A DNA stretch of 46,839 bases from contig JBHGNT010000235.1 of assembly GCA_043228905.1 (NCBI GenBank), positions 1 through 46,839 of the forward strand, given 5' to 3'. The DNA comes from Azolla caroliniana. Taxonomy: Eukaryota; Plantae; Polypodiophyta. The position numbers were made by a program, and so were the translations under genes. The notes under the pieces were generated by a model. It was given only the letters and a program-made list of their open reading frames with translations. It searched no databases and was not told the DNA's origin. Positions 24,367 through 34,064 of the stretch are shown one piece after another. Positions within the stretch are counted from its first letter, which is position 1. Every line of letters begins with the position of its first letter.

Positions 24367-27300
24367 TTATGACACTATCCCCCCTTTAAAACGACGAGTT
24401 TCACGAGTCGTTTTGGATTGAGGACCCGGTTTCTCGGGATATCGTCGATGGAAGTCTTCTAGAAGAGCACGAGCATTGGTCACATTCTCGATCGGTTCCC
24501 AAGTACGCTCGCTGGGACTATATCCTAGCCAATCGACTAGATAGTAGAGCTTGTTGCGAACAATCTTGGAATCGAGGATGGCAGCGACCTCATACTCAGG
24601 TCCATCTTCGAGCTCGATAGGAGGTGGAGGTTGTATAGTACGTCCTGGGATAGTGCTCTCGTGATAGGGTTCGAGGAGAGAACTATGAAACACCGGGTGT
24701 ATCCGAAGTTGCGGAGGTAGCTCGAGACGAAAAGCGACATCATTAATCTTCTCGATAATACGGAAAGGACCTAATCGCCGATAATCCAACTTCTCACATG
24801 GGCGAGTAGTCTTGATGTGTCGTCGTAGCAGCCACACCCGATCTCCAATGTTAAAACTGGATGGAAGTCGATGACGATCTGCGTAGTCCTTGTGTGATTG
24901 TTGAGCTTGCTGGAGTTGAATAGATAAATCCGCTTGTATCTTGCGTAACCGCTCCAAACGATCCTCCGCGCAAGGATTTGTGGACACTTCTGGGGTTTCA
25001 AGGACACACCACCGGGGATGATATCCCGTATAAGCGTAGAATGGCGTGACTTTAGTCGATGCGTGGATAGCGTTATTATAGGCAAATTCGGCGAACTGAA
25101 GAATATCTGCCCAGTCATTCTGATGATAGTTGAGAAAGCACCGCAGATACTGCTCCAGTGTTTGATTTGTTCGTTCGGCTTGACCGTCGGTTTGTGGGTG
25201 GTAGCCGGAGGAGAGGTTACAAGTGACCTTCAGCATTTTAAAAAGGTGCTTCCAGAATTTTGACACAAACTGGGGTCCACGATCGCTGATGATATTATCA
25301 GGGAGTCCATGATGCCGACATACTTCCCGCATGACAATTTCGGCGGTGTCTTCACTAGATATTTCTTTAGTACATGGTAAGAAATGAGCCATCTTCGTAT
25401 ATCGATCCACCACTGTGAGAATCGCACTGAATCCCTTAGAGACTGGAAGATCTGTAATGAAGTCAAGAGCAATGGATTGCCATGGCTTGCTCGGAATTGG
25501 TAATGGTTCTAATAAACCATATGGATGATGTCTTGGCATTTTCGCTCTGCAGCATGTATCGCAAGTCCGAACAAAATCTTCGACAAATTGTCGCATACGG
25601 GGCCACCAGAATGATCGTTGTACTAAATCTAATGTTTTAGTACTACCAAAATGTCCTGCTGTATATGTGTCATGGCAGTTTTGTACTACTCGAAGGCGGC
25701 AAGAACCATTAGGAACATACAAAAGTTCTTTAAAGAAGAGTAATCCATCACAGTATTTGAATTGCCGATAATCCGTACCTGGTGATTGTGATTGTGAACA
25801 TGACGCTCGAGAGGGGTCAATTTGTGCTAGTATAGCTTGGGCGAAAGCGTCAGTCTTCAAGTCCTCACGTATAGTATTGGTAATGTCGGAATCCACGGGC
25901 ATGTCAAAGACCTGTGCTGCTTGCAGTCGTGCTGGACCCAAGATTACTTGCTTCTGGTTATCGAAAGCTGGCTCACCGGGACGTGGTGTTAGATACGAAC
26001 GCCGTGATAATGCATCTGCCTTCCCTTGGTGCTTCCCCGGACGATATGTAATTTTGAAGTCGAAGCGTGTGAGGAAGTGGGCCCACCGAGCTTGACGTCG
26101 ATTCAGTACACGAGCATCTTGAAAGTAGGCAAGGTTCTTGTGGTCACTGAATACAGTGACCTGATGAGGAGATCCCTCCAGGAAATGCCTCCATTGCATA
26201 AAAGAATCAACTATTGCTAATAGCTCTTTATCATGAATTTCGTAGTTGATTTCGGCGGCGTCAAACTTACGGGAGTGGAAAGCCACAGGATGTAGCTTCT
26301 CGTCGTTACCCTGTTGTGACAGAATGCTCCCCAATGCGAAATCCGATGCATCAGCTTCGATAATGAATGGTTTTTCTGGATCCACATGACCTAAAATTGG
26401 AGCTGATGTAAACGCCTTCTTAAGACTCTCGAAAGCCATGTCCGTCTCTTTAGACCAAATGAATGATTGTCCCTTCCTGGTGAGCTGTGTGAGAGGCAGC
26501 ACAATTTTTGAGTAATTTTGTATGAACTTCCGGTAGAAATTTGCAAAGCCTAGGAAGCATTGCACATCCCGCACCGAACGCGGAGTGTGCCATTCTATCA
26601 CCGTTTTGACCTTGGCTGGGTCCATAGATATGCCTTCTGAGGAGATGACATAGCCGAGAAACTCCACTTGGTTGCACCCGAAACTACATTTCTCTAACTT
26701 TGCATACAGACCATGTTCTCGAAGTCGTTTTAGTACTAATAGTACATGAGAATCATGTTCTTCTTGGGTCTTTGAATAAACCAGTAGATCATCCAAATAG
26801 ATGATCAAAAAATCATCCAAGAGATCTCGAAATATATCATTCGCCATGTGCTGGAAGACTGCCGGCGCATTAGTGAGTCCGAACGGCATGACCGTATACT
26901 CGAAGTGCCCATATCTGGTGCGAAACGCGGTCTTCCATTCATCTCCTGGTCGGATCCGTACGAGGTTATAGGCTCCTCGTAAGTCTATCTTCGTGAAGAA
27001 CCTGGCACCGTTGATCCGTTCTAAAAGACTTGAGATAAGGGGAAGAGCATACCTATTTCTTACTGTGACCTTATTCAAGCCACGGTAATCTACAACGAGT
27101 CGAAGCGAGCCATCTTTTTTCTTGACGAAGAAAATGGGTGCGCCGGCTGGAGATTTCGAATGCCGAATGAAACCGTTCTCCAAATTCTCCTCTATATAGG
27201 CTCGAAGGACTTCTAGCTCGGTTGGTGACAAATTGTAGATCGGCCCCCATGGCGGCTCTTTTCCCGGTTGTAAGTCGATGGCGCAGTCGTACGGCCGATG

Positions 27301-27963
27301 ATGAGGAAGTGTGTTGGCTTGTACTTTATCGAACACATCAGCATACTGACGATACTTCTCGGGAAGTTGAACGGTGGACTCCTCTTTGGTGGTGCTGGAG
27401 GGTTGTACTGATATTGCAAAGAGAAACATTTCCTCCTTGCGCCCTTCCTCACGCAACTGACGTAGCGAAATGGTTGCAACCTTCTGGGTAGATCCTTGGG
27501 TTTGTCGCAACCGGATTTCCCTTGTCCTCCAATCTATGTCTGGGTCATGTAACTCGAACCATGGTAATCCTAAAACTATGGGATGTTCTGGAATACTAAT
27601 AATATTAAATGATACTACACATGTTAAGTTATCTAGGACAATATTAACGGGTTCCGACTCTTCTATGATATTACCAGAAGCAATGGGACGACCATCAATG
27701 ACTACTACTGAGGCTGGACATGGGAGCTTTCTGAGAGATATCTGATGAGCTCGGGCAAAATTCCTATCCATGAAGCAAGAATTAGCTCCGGAATCTAGAA
27801 GGGCTAAGGTATGTACTGGAGGGGTACTTTTAGTACTAACTGCTACTTGGGCTACGAACACATCACTAACTTGCTTAGAGGGAATGGAACCACTAATGGG
27901 CTGCACAGATCTAGGGCTGTCCAACCAAACGGCTCCTATTTTGGCTGGACTTAGTCGTTTAAC
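24367..27963 (-). CDS. pol: Gypsy Pol (PR, RT, RNase H, IN, chromodomain), probably expressed by -1 frameshift from gag
   Basis: Motifs LLDSGAN, YLDDLL, EADASD, CHD..GH..CDTC and SDRGPQF, and chromodomain YEVAAILDSK..YLVDWLGYSPSERTWEP. The frame is open upstream of 27924 into the gag overlap, and the stop lies inside the 3' LTR. Confidence 0.95.
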   Translation of the reverse strand, partial: VKRLSPAKIGAVWLDSPRSVQPISGSIPSKQVSDVFVAQVAVSTKSTPPVHTLALLDSGANSCFMDRNFARAHQISLRKLPCPASVVVIDGRPIASGNIIEESEPVNIVLDNLTCVVSFNIISIPEHPIVLGLPWFELHDPDIDWRTREIRLRQTQGSTQKVATISLRQLREEGRKEEMFLFAISVQPSSTTKEESTVQLPEKYRQYADVFDKVQANTLPHHRPYDCAIDLQPGKEPPWGPIYNLSPTELEVLRAYIEENLENGFIRHSKSPAGAPIFFVKKKDGSLRLVVDYRGLNKVTVRNRYALPLISSLLERINGARFFTKIDLRGAYNLVRIRPGDEWKTAFRTRYGHFEYTVMPFGLTNAPAVFQHMANDIFRDLLDDFLIIYLDDLLVYSKTQEEHDSHVLLVLKRLREHGLYAKLEKCSFGCNQVEFLGYVISSEGISMDPAKVKTVIEWHTPRSVRDVQCFLGFANFYRKFIQNYSKIVLPLTQLTRKGQSFIWSKETDMAFESLKKAFTSAPILGHVDPEKPFIIEADASDFALGSILSQQGNDEKLHPVAFHSRKFDAAEINYEIHDKELLAIVDSFMQWRHFLEGSPHQVTVFSDHKNLAYFQDARVLNRRQARWAHFLTRFDFKITYRPGKHQGKADALSRRSYLTPRPGEPAFDNQKQVILGPARLQAAQVFDMPVDSDITNTIREDLKTDAFAQAILAQIDPSRASCSQSQSPGTDYRQFKYCDGLLFFKELLYVPNGSCRLRVVQNCHDTYTAGHFGSTKTLDLVQRSFWWPRMRQFVEDFVRTCDTCCRAKMPRHHPYGLLEPLPIPSKPWQSIALDFITDLPVSKGFSAILTVVDRYTKMAHFLPCTKEISSEDTAEIVMREVCRHHGLPDNIISDRGPQFVSKFWKHLFKMLKVTCNLSSGYHPQTDGQAERTNQTLEQYLRCFLNYHQNDWADILQFAEFAYNNAIHASTKVTPFYAYTGYHPRWCVLETPEVSTNPCAEDRLERLRKIQADLSIQLQQAQQSHKDYADRHRLPSSFNIGDRVWLLRRHIKTTRPCEKLDYRRLGPFRIIEKINDVAFRLELPPQLRIHPVFHSSLLEPYHESTIPGRTIQPPPPIELEDGPEYEVAAILDSKIVRNKLYYLVDWLGYSPSERTWEPIENVTNARALLEDFHRRYPEKPGPQSKTTRETRRFKGGIVS
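27919..27963 (-). promoter_or_regulatory. Putative -1 ribosomal frameshift signal
   Basis: G UUA AAC heptamer (27963-27957), 6-nt spacer, then an 11-bp stem GUCCAGCCAAA/UUUGGUUGGAC. Confidence 0.8.
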
Positions 27964-29120
27964 TCTTCTTCTAATTGGCTAAGGACATCAAATTTGTTTG
28001 CGAGATTCAGACTATTAGTACTATTAGGACTATTATGACTATGAGGATTATCAGAGATTCCTACTGAAATAGACTCGGGTTTAGTATAGTCAGAACTAAC
28101 AATGACTTGGTTTACCTGCCTTCTTGGTCTATGGGGACAGTTTATCGCGATATGCCCTGGTCCACCGCAATAAAGGCATAATCGGTTTGTTCGGCGTCGT
28201 TGCTTTTCCTCCTCCGATAGCGGCCCACGACGACGTGTAGTGTCAATTTCCATTGGAGTTGGAGTACTTACTGGAGGCGCATTATGTGACTCCCTTTGAA
28301 AAGGTTTCGCTACCACTGAGGCATAGGTAGGCTCGGATCTTGCCCTCGGCATCTGAAATTGTCGTTCCGAACGTCGCTCGAAGAGGCGGTTGTCACATCT
28401 GACCGCTCGACTGATTGCTTCTGTTAATGATTTTGGCTCTTCAGGGAAAGTCAAGAGTAAATCCTTGACATCGTTGCGTAGACCATAGCGGAACTGCTCC
28501 ATCAATGCTTGATCATCCCAGGGGATATCGGCGGCGAGTAGGCGGAAATCTGCAGCATATGCGGAGGCTGGACGGTCACCTTGGCGTAATCGCCGGATTT
28601 TGTTGATTGCAGTCCTTATGCTGTCAGTATCTCCAAAACATGCTTTAAACTCACTTATGAATTCTTCAAAATTATTTAGTACTGGAGATTCCTTTTCTAG
28701 TAGCGGAGCGAACCATGCTAATGCTGAGCCATTTAACAACGTGCCTACTAAACCCACTCGTGATGCATCGGTGGGATATCGGGACGGATGCATTTGAATA
28801 ACTAACCGTACCTGGTTAAGGAACCCTCTAAACTGCGATCGCGTTCCATCGAACTTCGTGGGAAGGCCAATCTTAGGTTCTTTATGAATCCCTTGTGCTC
28901 CGTGCCCTTGTTGTTGCATTGCTACGATGGTTGCTTCGAGTTGTTGCACGCGTAACGCAAGTTCCCCATGCTGTTGTTGCGTTTGCTGCTTTTCTAAGGA
29001 AATTTGCTGAAGATCCCCCAACAAGCGTTGATTTTCTTGTTCCAAAGCATGAAACTTCTCTTTCAAGCATTGAAATTCCGAGAAAACGGATTGATACTCT
29101 TCAGCGCTAACGGTGGCCAT
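27951..29120 (-). CDS. gag: Gypsy Gag, 389 aa (coiled coil, capsid, CCHC knuckle; PEG10/sushi-like)
   Basis: Motifs LPTKFDGTRSQFRGFL, LRQGDRPASAYAADFR, PTPMEID and CLYCGGPGHIAINC. Confidence 0.95.
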   Translation of the reverse strand: MATVSAEEYQSVFSEFQCLKEKFHALEQENQRLLGDLQQISLEKQQTQQQHGELALRVQQLEATIVAMQQQGHGAQGIHKEPKIGLPTKFDGTRSQFRGFLNQVRLVIQMHPSRYPTDASRVGLVGTLLNGSALAWFAPLLEKESPVLNNFEEFISEFKACFGDTDSIRTAINKIRRLRQGDRPASAYAADFRLLAADIPWDDQALMEQFRYGLRNDVKDLLLTFPEEPKSLTEAISRAVRCDNRLFERRSERQFQMPRARSEPTYASVVAKPFQRESHNAPPVSTPTPMEIDTTRRRGPLSEEEKQRRRTNRLCLYCGGPGHIAINCPHRPRRQVNQVIVSSDYTKPESISVGISDNPHSHNSPNSTNSLNLANKFDVLSQLEEELND

Positions 29121-29194
29121 GGGATGAAGGAAAAGGGAAATAAGAGACTAGTAGGAAAGGAGGGAGACAGAAGGAAGAGGGAGACTAGTAGAAG

Positions 29195-29206
29195 AAATCG
29201 GTTCAA
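29195..29206 (-). promoter_or_regulatory. Self-priming PBS (complementary to own LTR at 29470-29459)
   Basis: RNA UUGAACCGAUUU lies 2 nt after the 5' LTR. Its complement AAAUCGGUUCAA begins 33 nt after the start of TATAAAA (29503). Confidence 0.85.
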
Positions 29207-29337
29207 ACTGTCAGGAACTCTATTAAGGCAGAGAAGGAATTAGTACTAAAAGAAGGATTAGTACTATTGTTGGGGAATAGTACTAAGACAGAAAAGGATT
29301 AGTACTATGAGAGGTGTCGAACTTTGAGAGAAGGAAT

Positions 29338-29389
<52 letters not shown>

Positions 29390-31566
29390 TGATGCGAAAG
29401 ATATATGTATTATATGACGGAAGATATACAACAGTAGTTAGAAGGCTTAAGACTGGCGTTGAACCGATTTGGTTCGAACTAATGCCTTGCGCCTCCTTTT
29501 ATAGTGTCTTCAGGAATACTCCTGAAGTTTCTAGAATGTTCCAGAGAAATCTGGAATATACATCAATTTCCCAATAAAACCTAAATGAAAATAATATCCT
29601 TCAAATTACAATTCATACCCTAATGGTAAAGTCTCGACCCGTGTAACAAAAGGTTATGGGTTCGAGTCTAGTTATGACAATCACTAGCTTCTGTCCATAC
29701 ATGAGCTTAGCAGGCATAAAACCTGTTACTAAACTATTAGTGGTCCTTTCATCCCATAATACATAGGGTACTAAGTGTGGCCAATTCTCGACTCGCCTTT
29801 CGTAAGCTATTACAATGGCCTTGACTACATGTCCATGCCCGCACTCTACCTTTTTGTTTGTTTCCGGGTTGTAAGCAATCATGAGAGAAATATTAATTCC
29901 AAGTCGCCCAAAGAGCTGCATAGCTTCATGGACATTTAACTTCCCTCTATCTGCTATTATCTTGCTCACACAACCATATCGGTAGATGACATCTTCAAGC
30001 AAAAATTTACACATTGTTGTTGTCGTCTTATTTCTCATGGCCCTTCCTTCCACTTGATTTGTCAAGTCATTTGTTGCTAGCACTCGATACTTCATTTGCC
30101 CCATCCCCATTGGCATCGATACCAGGTCTACCATCCATTTGAAATGAACAGTGAGAGGGTAGGTTGGGTGCAACTCATCCCTATGTCGTACATTTGAATA
30201 TATTTGGCAACTCTCGCAAGTCTCCACAAAATGTGTGACATCCTTTTACATTCTCGGCCACCAGTATTTCCCCTTTAATTTTTCGAAAGTTGCCCATATT
30301 CCTCAATGTTTTGCCCAAGGATTTTTATGAAATTCAGATATCAATATCACATGGTCATCCCTTTTTGGGTGCTTCGAAAGATATCCTTCTTGTAAGAAAA
30401 TCTTGTATGCCTTCCTTCGGATTTGTTATGCTTCCTCCTTTCTCCACAAAGGGTCTGCCATCATTGTACTCATGAATTTGCCTATCCGCAACCACTCGCC
30501 CTAATGTTCTTCTTCATTGAAAAACGAAATCGTATCTTTACCCTCTCTCTCAATGAAATCTTATTCTTCATTAAAAGTCAAGTTCTTCTTCATCCTCCCT
30601 TTCTTCAACATTCAGTATGTATCTAGCTCTAGAAAACATATCTGCCATAAGATTATCCCTTCTTGCCACATGTCGAATTTCCAGATTAAGCAATTTGATT
30701 TATGCTATCCATTGTGGCATGGCTATATCCGGTGTTGAGCATCTAGAAATCATTCCTAGGATCGGAAGGCAATTTGTTTCTATGACTACTTCGGCTCCAA
30801 TTACGTAATCTCGAGGGGCTCATTGTTCTGCGATTGTCTATAACCTTCCCTCTCCTTCTATCCGGACTGTCTGTCCAGTTCTCCGCCTGTTTGCCCATCT
30901 TAATCCGTCCGATTTGACAATCCTCTATAGGTTAGCGCCTCCTTTCTCAATTGATCTCCAAGATCATCTCATTTTTGTTCACTTCTTCGAGTCCCGTTAC
31001 AATGACTTCTGTATGACGAGGCAATACAACGAGTTCTTCCTTTTCCTATTTTGTCTTCAAATAGTGAGCACAATCAGACGACTTATATATTGTTGCAACC
31101 CCCATTTTGTAAATATCTGATGCAATTCCTACCGGTCCCTCTGAATGGGATCAGATGGTATTCGGATCGGATTTAGTGTGAACCAAAAGTAGGGACATAT
31201 TAGTAAATATGTTCCGATGCGCCTATTGAGGCCATACTTGTAAATAGCCCAAAAGTTATATGAGTATTGTTGAGAATCAAGCTCAACTTGGTCTAGTGTG
31301 TGAACTCACCTTGAGAGTGAACAGACACTCTAACAGTCAAGAGTCACCATTATGTCACCACTTTGTATTCTAGCATTTAGTATGAGTTATAGAATCATAT
31401 TCTATGACACATACCTTATGAGCTTTCACATTTCCCATGCTCCATGAGGCTTGTAATTAATGAAGAGAGAGAGTGACTACATAAAGCACCCTCCTCCCAC
31501 CTTGTAAAATGTTGAGTCTTTCGCCTTTGTCAATATGCTTTTACCTTGCGTATTCTCTGTGTTTCA

Positions 31567-31634
<68 letters not shown>

Positions 31635-32724
31635 ACTCACATCTCTTCCTCTTCACAAGAATCCATCTCTTCATTCTTTAAATGGTATCAGAGCGATTTG
31701 GTAGCTCGATCTAGCCCATTCGCCTCATCGTGATCGTGTGTTGTGCTCTATGCTGACGACCAAGAACCGGCTCATAGCTATCGTAGTTTCGTTACATAGC
31801 TCGTATTCGAAGAGAGAAGAAGAAGAAGAAGAATCGACATAATGAATACTCAAACGGGGAGCGCTCTCCCTACTGAGAAGTTAGATCGAAACAACTTCGC
31901 ATCTTGGGAGTACAAGATGCACCAATACCTTGTCGGACAAGGCTATTGGAGCTACATCAAAGGAGTGCATGAAGACCGACCCGCTGAAGCGGCTCCCGGA
32001 TACGCAACATGGGAGCAAGCCGCAAGCCGCGTGATGTATTGTTTGGCGACATGTGTTCATGACCACATGATCGGTTACATTCGAGAAGCCAAGACGCCGA
32101 AGGAAGCGTGGGAAAATCTACGAAAGATTTTCGCCGCCAACACGACCGCGAGGAAGCTTCAACTCCGCCAAGAGTTGAACAACATTCAACAAAGGGACAT
32201 GTCCATCACGATATACACCTTGAAGATCAAGGAGCTTTGCGACTCTCTCGGCTCAATAAGCGTAAGTATAGATTATGATGAGATGGTGCAAATATGCCTC
32301 GGCGGCCTCGCACCACGGTTTGGTGCGATGCGAACCACCGTTCTAGCACGGGAGAAATCTCCCTCCTTCTTCGAGCTCCAATCAATGCTATTGGTCGAAG
32401 AAAACCACATGCGTACAAGGAGCAATGAGTCGGAAGGCCACATGCTCTACACGCACTCTAATGGAGGAAGAGGACGCGGACGAGCGAGAGGCCGATTCGG
32501 CCAAGGACAAGGCGAACGAGATCCGACCTATGACAACAACTCCCAATTTCGGCCGCAAAACGGATGCCAACGAGGAACCTTCGCAAGAAGGGGGAGCTTC
32601 CACTCCGGCCCGAGCCGTCAAAACGCAACCGAATGCAGATATTGTGGAAAGCTCGGCCACCACGAAGAAGAGTGCCGAAAGAAGATGCGTGAATCGGCTT
32701 CCAAAAGCCGACAACTCACGAATT

Positions 32725-32862
32725 ACGCACACAAATCCGACTACGAAGATCGTGGCGGAATGTATGCACACAACTCCGGCTGTGGCGAAATGTACGGGCA
32801 CAACTCCAACTACGAAGATCGTGGCGGAATGTATGCGCACAACTCCGACCGTGGTGGAATGT
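32725..32862 (+). repeat. In-frame tandem repeat in the gag-PR linker (YAHNSDYEDRGGM-like x4)
   Basis: Visible in both the ORF translation and the DNA. Confidence 0.9.
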
Positions 32863-33273
32863 TCATGATGAAACATAGAGCAAACTCTATGTCGGCCGCT
32901 ACCTCAACTAGTGCCTCCAGTCCGGAAGATGTATGGTTCGTCGATTCTGGTGCCTCGAACCATATGACATCGCATCAAGAATGGTTCCGAGAACTTCGAG
33001 AGCCGGACCGACCTGGCTATGTCTAAACCGGAGACGACACTACGCACCGATTCGTCACATTGGCAATGTTCCGTTCGGAAAAGAAGGTAAGCAAAATTAC
33101 ATTAAAAATGTCTTGCATGTACCGACCATTACGAAGAATTTGGTCTCCGTCGGCCAAATTGTAGAGCAAGGGATGCAAGTTCGATTTAATCAAGGCGGTT
33201 GCTTCATCGAAAGGAGAGTCGACTCATCGCACGTGGAAGAAGAGAGGGCCGGATGTTCATTCTCGATTCACGC

Positions 33274-34064
33274 TGTCGTGCCTTTCGGCTCCGGATCGTT
33301 TGCGTGAGTCGGGTGGGAACCGCCGAGGTTTTGGACTAGGAGAAAGAAGAATATGAGATGAGGCTAGTAATGGATAGATTATTAGAAAGAGAGATAGAAA
33401 TTTCGTGAATCCCACGAGTGTATTTTATTCGATTAATCAATATTTAGATAAGAATATGTATTTAGATTGAAAGAAAGATATAAGAAACTTGTGAATCCCA
33501 CAAGTATAGATTATATTATTTTCGTGAATCCCACGATTATATTAATCGGTTGGTGTTTTCGGAAATATATCCAATTTCCAAATATTTCACACCTCTATTA
33601 CATTGTGCTCCCCATCCTTATGTAGTGATGGGAGAGACTAAGCATAGCTACATGCTTTTTTTTCTAATATGTTCATGCACACTAAATGTGCATGTGATGC
33701 TTTTCTAATCCTTGCTTTTATTTGCTAAATATAGTGCTCATGCACGCTAGATGTGCATGAGTCACTTTTTAGTTGCTTGCGTTTTTCTATAAAATATTCA
33801 CGCACTCTAAAAAATGCACGATTTACCTTTTAATAAAGGTAGGCGCAAATAAAGGACTTATAGTTATTAAATCTATTTATAAAACACTAAAGATAATGTA
33901 GTATAATGGTAAAGTTGAGGTTTGGCTACGTGGAGGTACAGGGTTTGAATCTTGCCCTATGCATGTGATAAATATCTTGATATATTATTTTATTTATTTA
34001 TATGTAATTAAATCGGTTATATTATTTTTACTTTTTCACGTAGTGTACGAAATACACTACGACA
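33274..34064 (-). mobile_element. AT-rich solo LTR (791 bp) with 4-bp TSD ACGC
   Basis: Termini are TGTCGT...ACGACA. Removing the insert plus one ACGC restores the in-frame host reading LDSREMKS. Orientation is inferred. Confidence 0.85.

Larger units (their letters stand above)
23904..29679 (-). mobile_element. Intact Ty3/gypsy chromovirus, Tcn1/Tf1-sushi-like
   Basis: Two 471-bp TG..CA LTRs identical by eye (23904-24374, 29209-29679), perfect TSD ATCAC, PPT at 24375-24387, and intact gag and pol. Confidence 0.97.
19102..30815 (-). mobile_element. pol: Old non-chromovirus-type gypsy host (RNase H-integrase-3' region), split by two insertions
   Basis: Integrase pieces rejoin across both TSDs: CESCQ..HPTYP..KWMVDL (29685-30227), then ...WFGLYAVARINDNATY (23587-23903), then YHLTELDG..IPIAGKRIKIFK (19630 downward). 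An RNase H remnant lies near 30620-30810. Confidence 0.8.

Noticed and set aside
23904-29679. Recent horizontal transfer from a fungus
   Set aside because: Fungal-like Tcn1-type chromoviruses are already known from non-seed plants, and a transfer claim needs a phylogeny that cannot be run here.
33895-33965. Functional tRNA gene
   Set aside because: A and B boxes are present but acceptor and anticodon stems do not pair. Kept only as a tRNA-like promoter module; the same applies to the other three sites.
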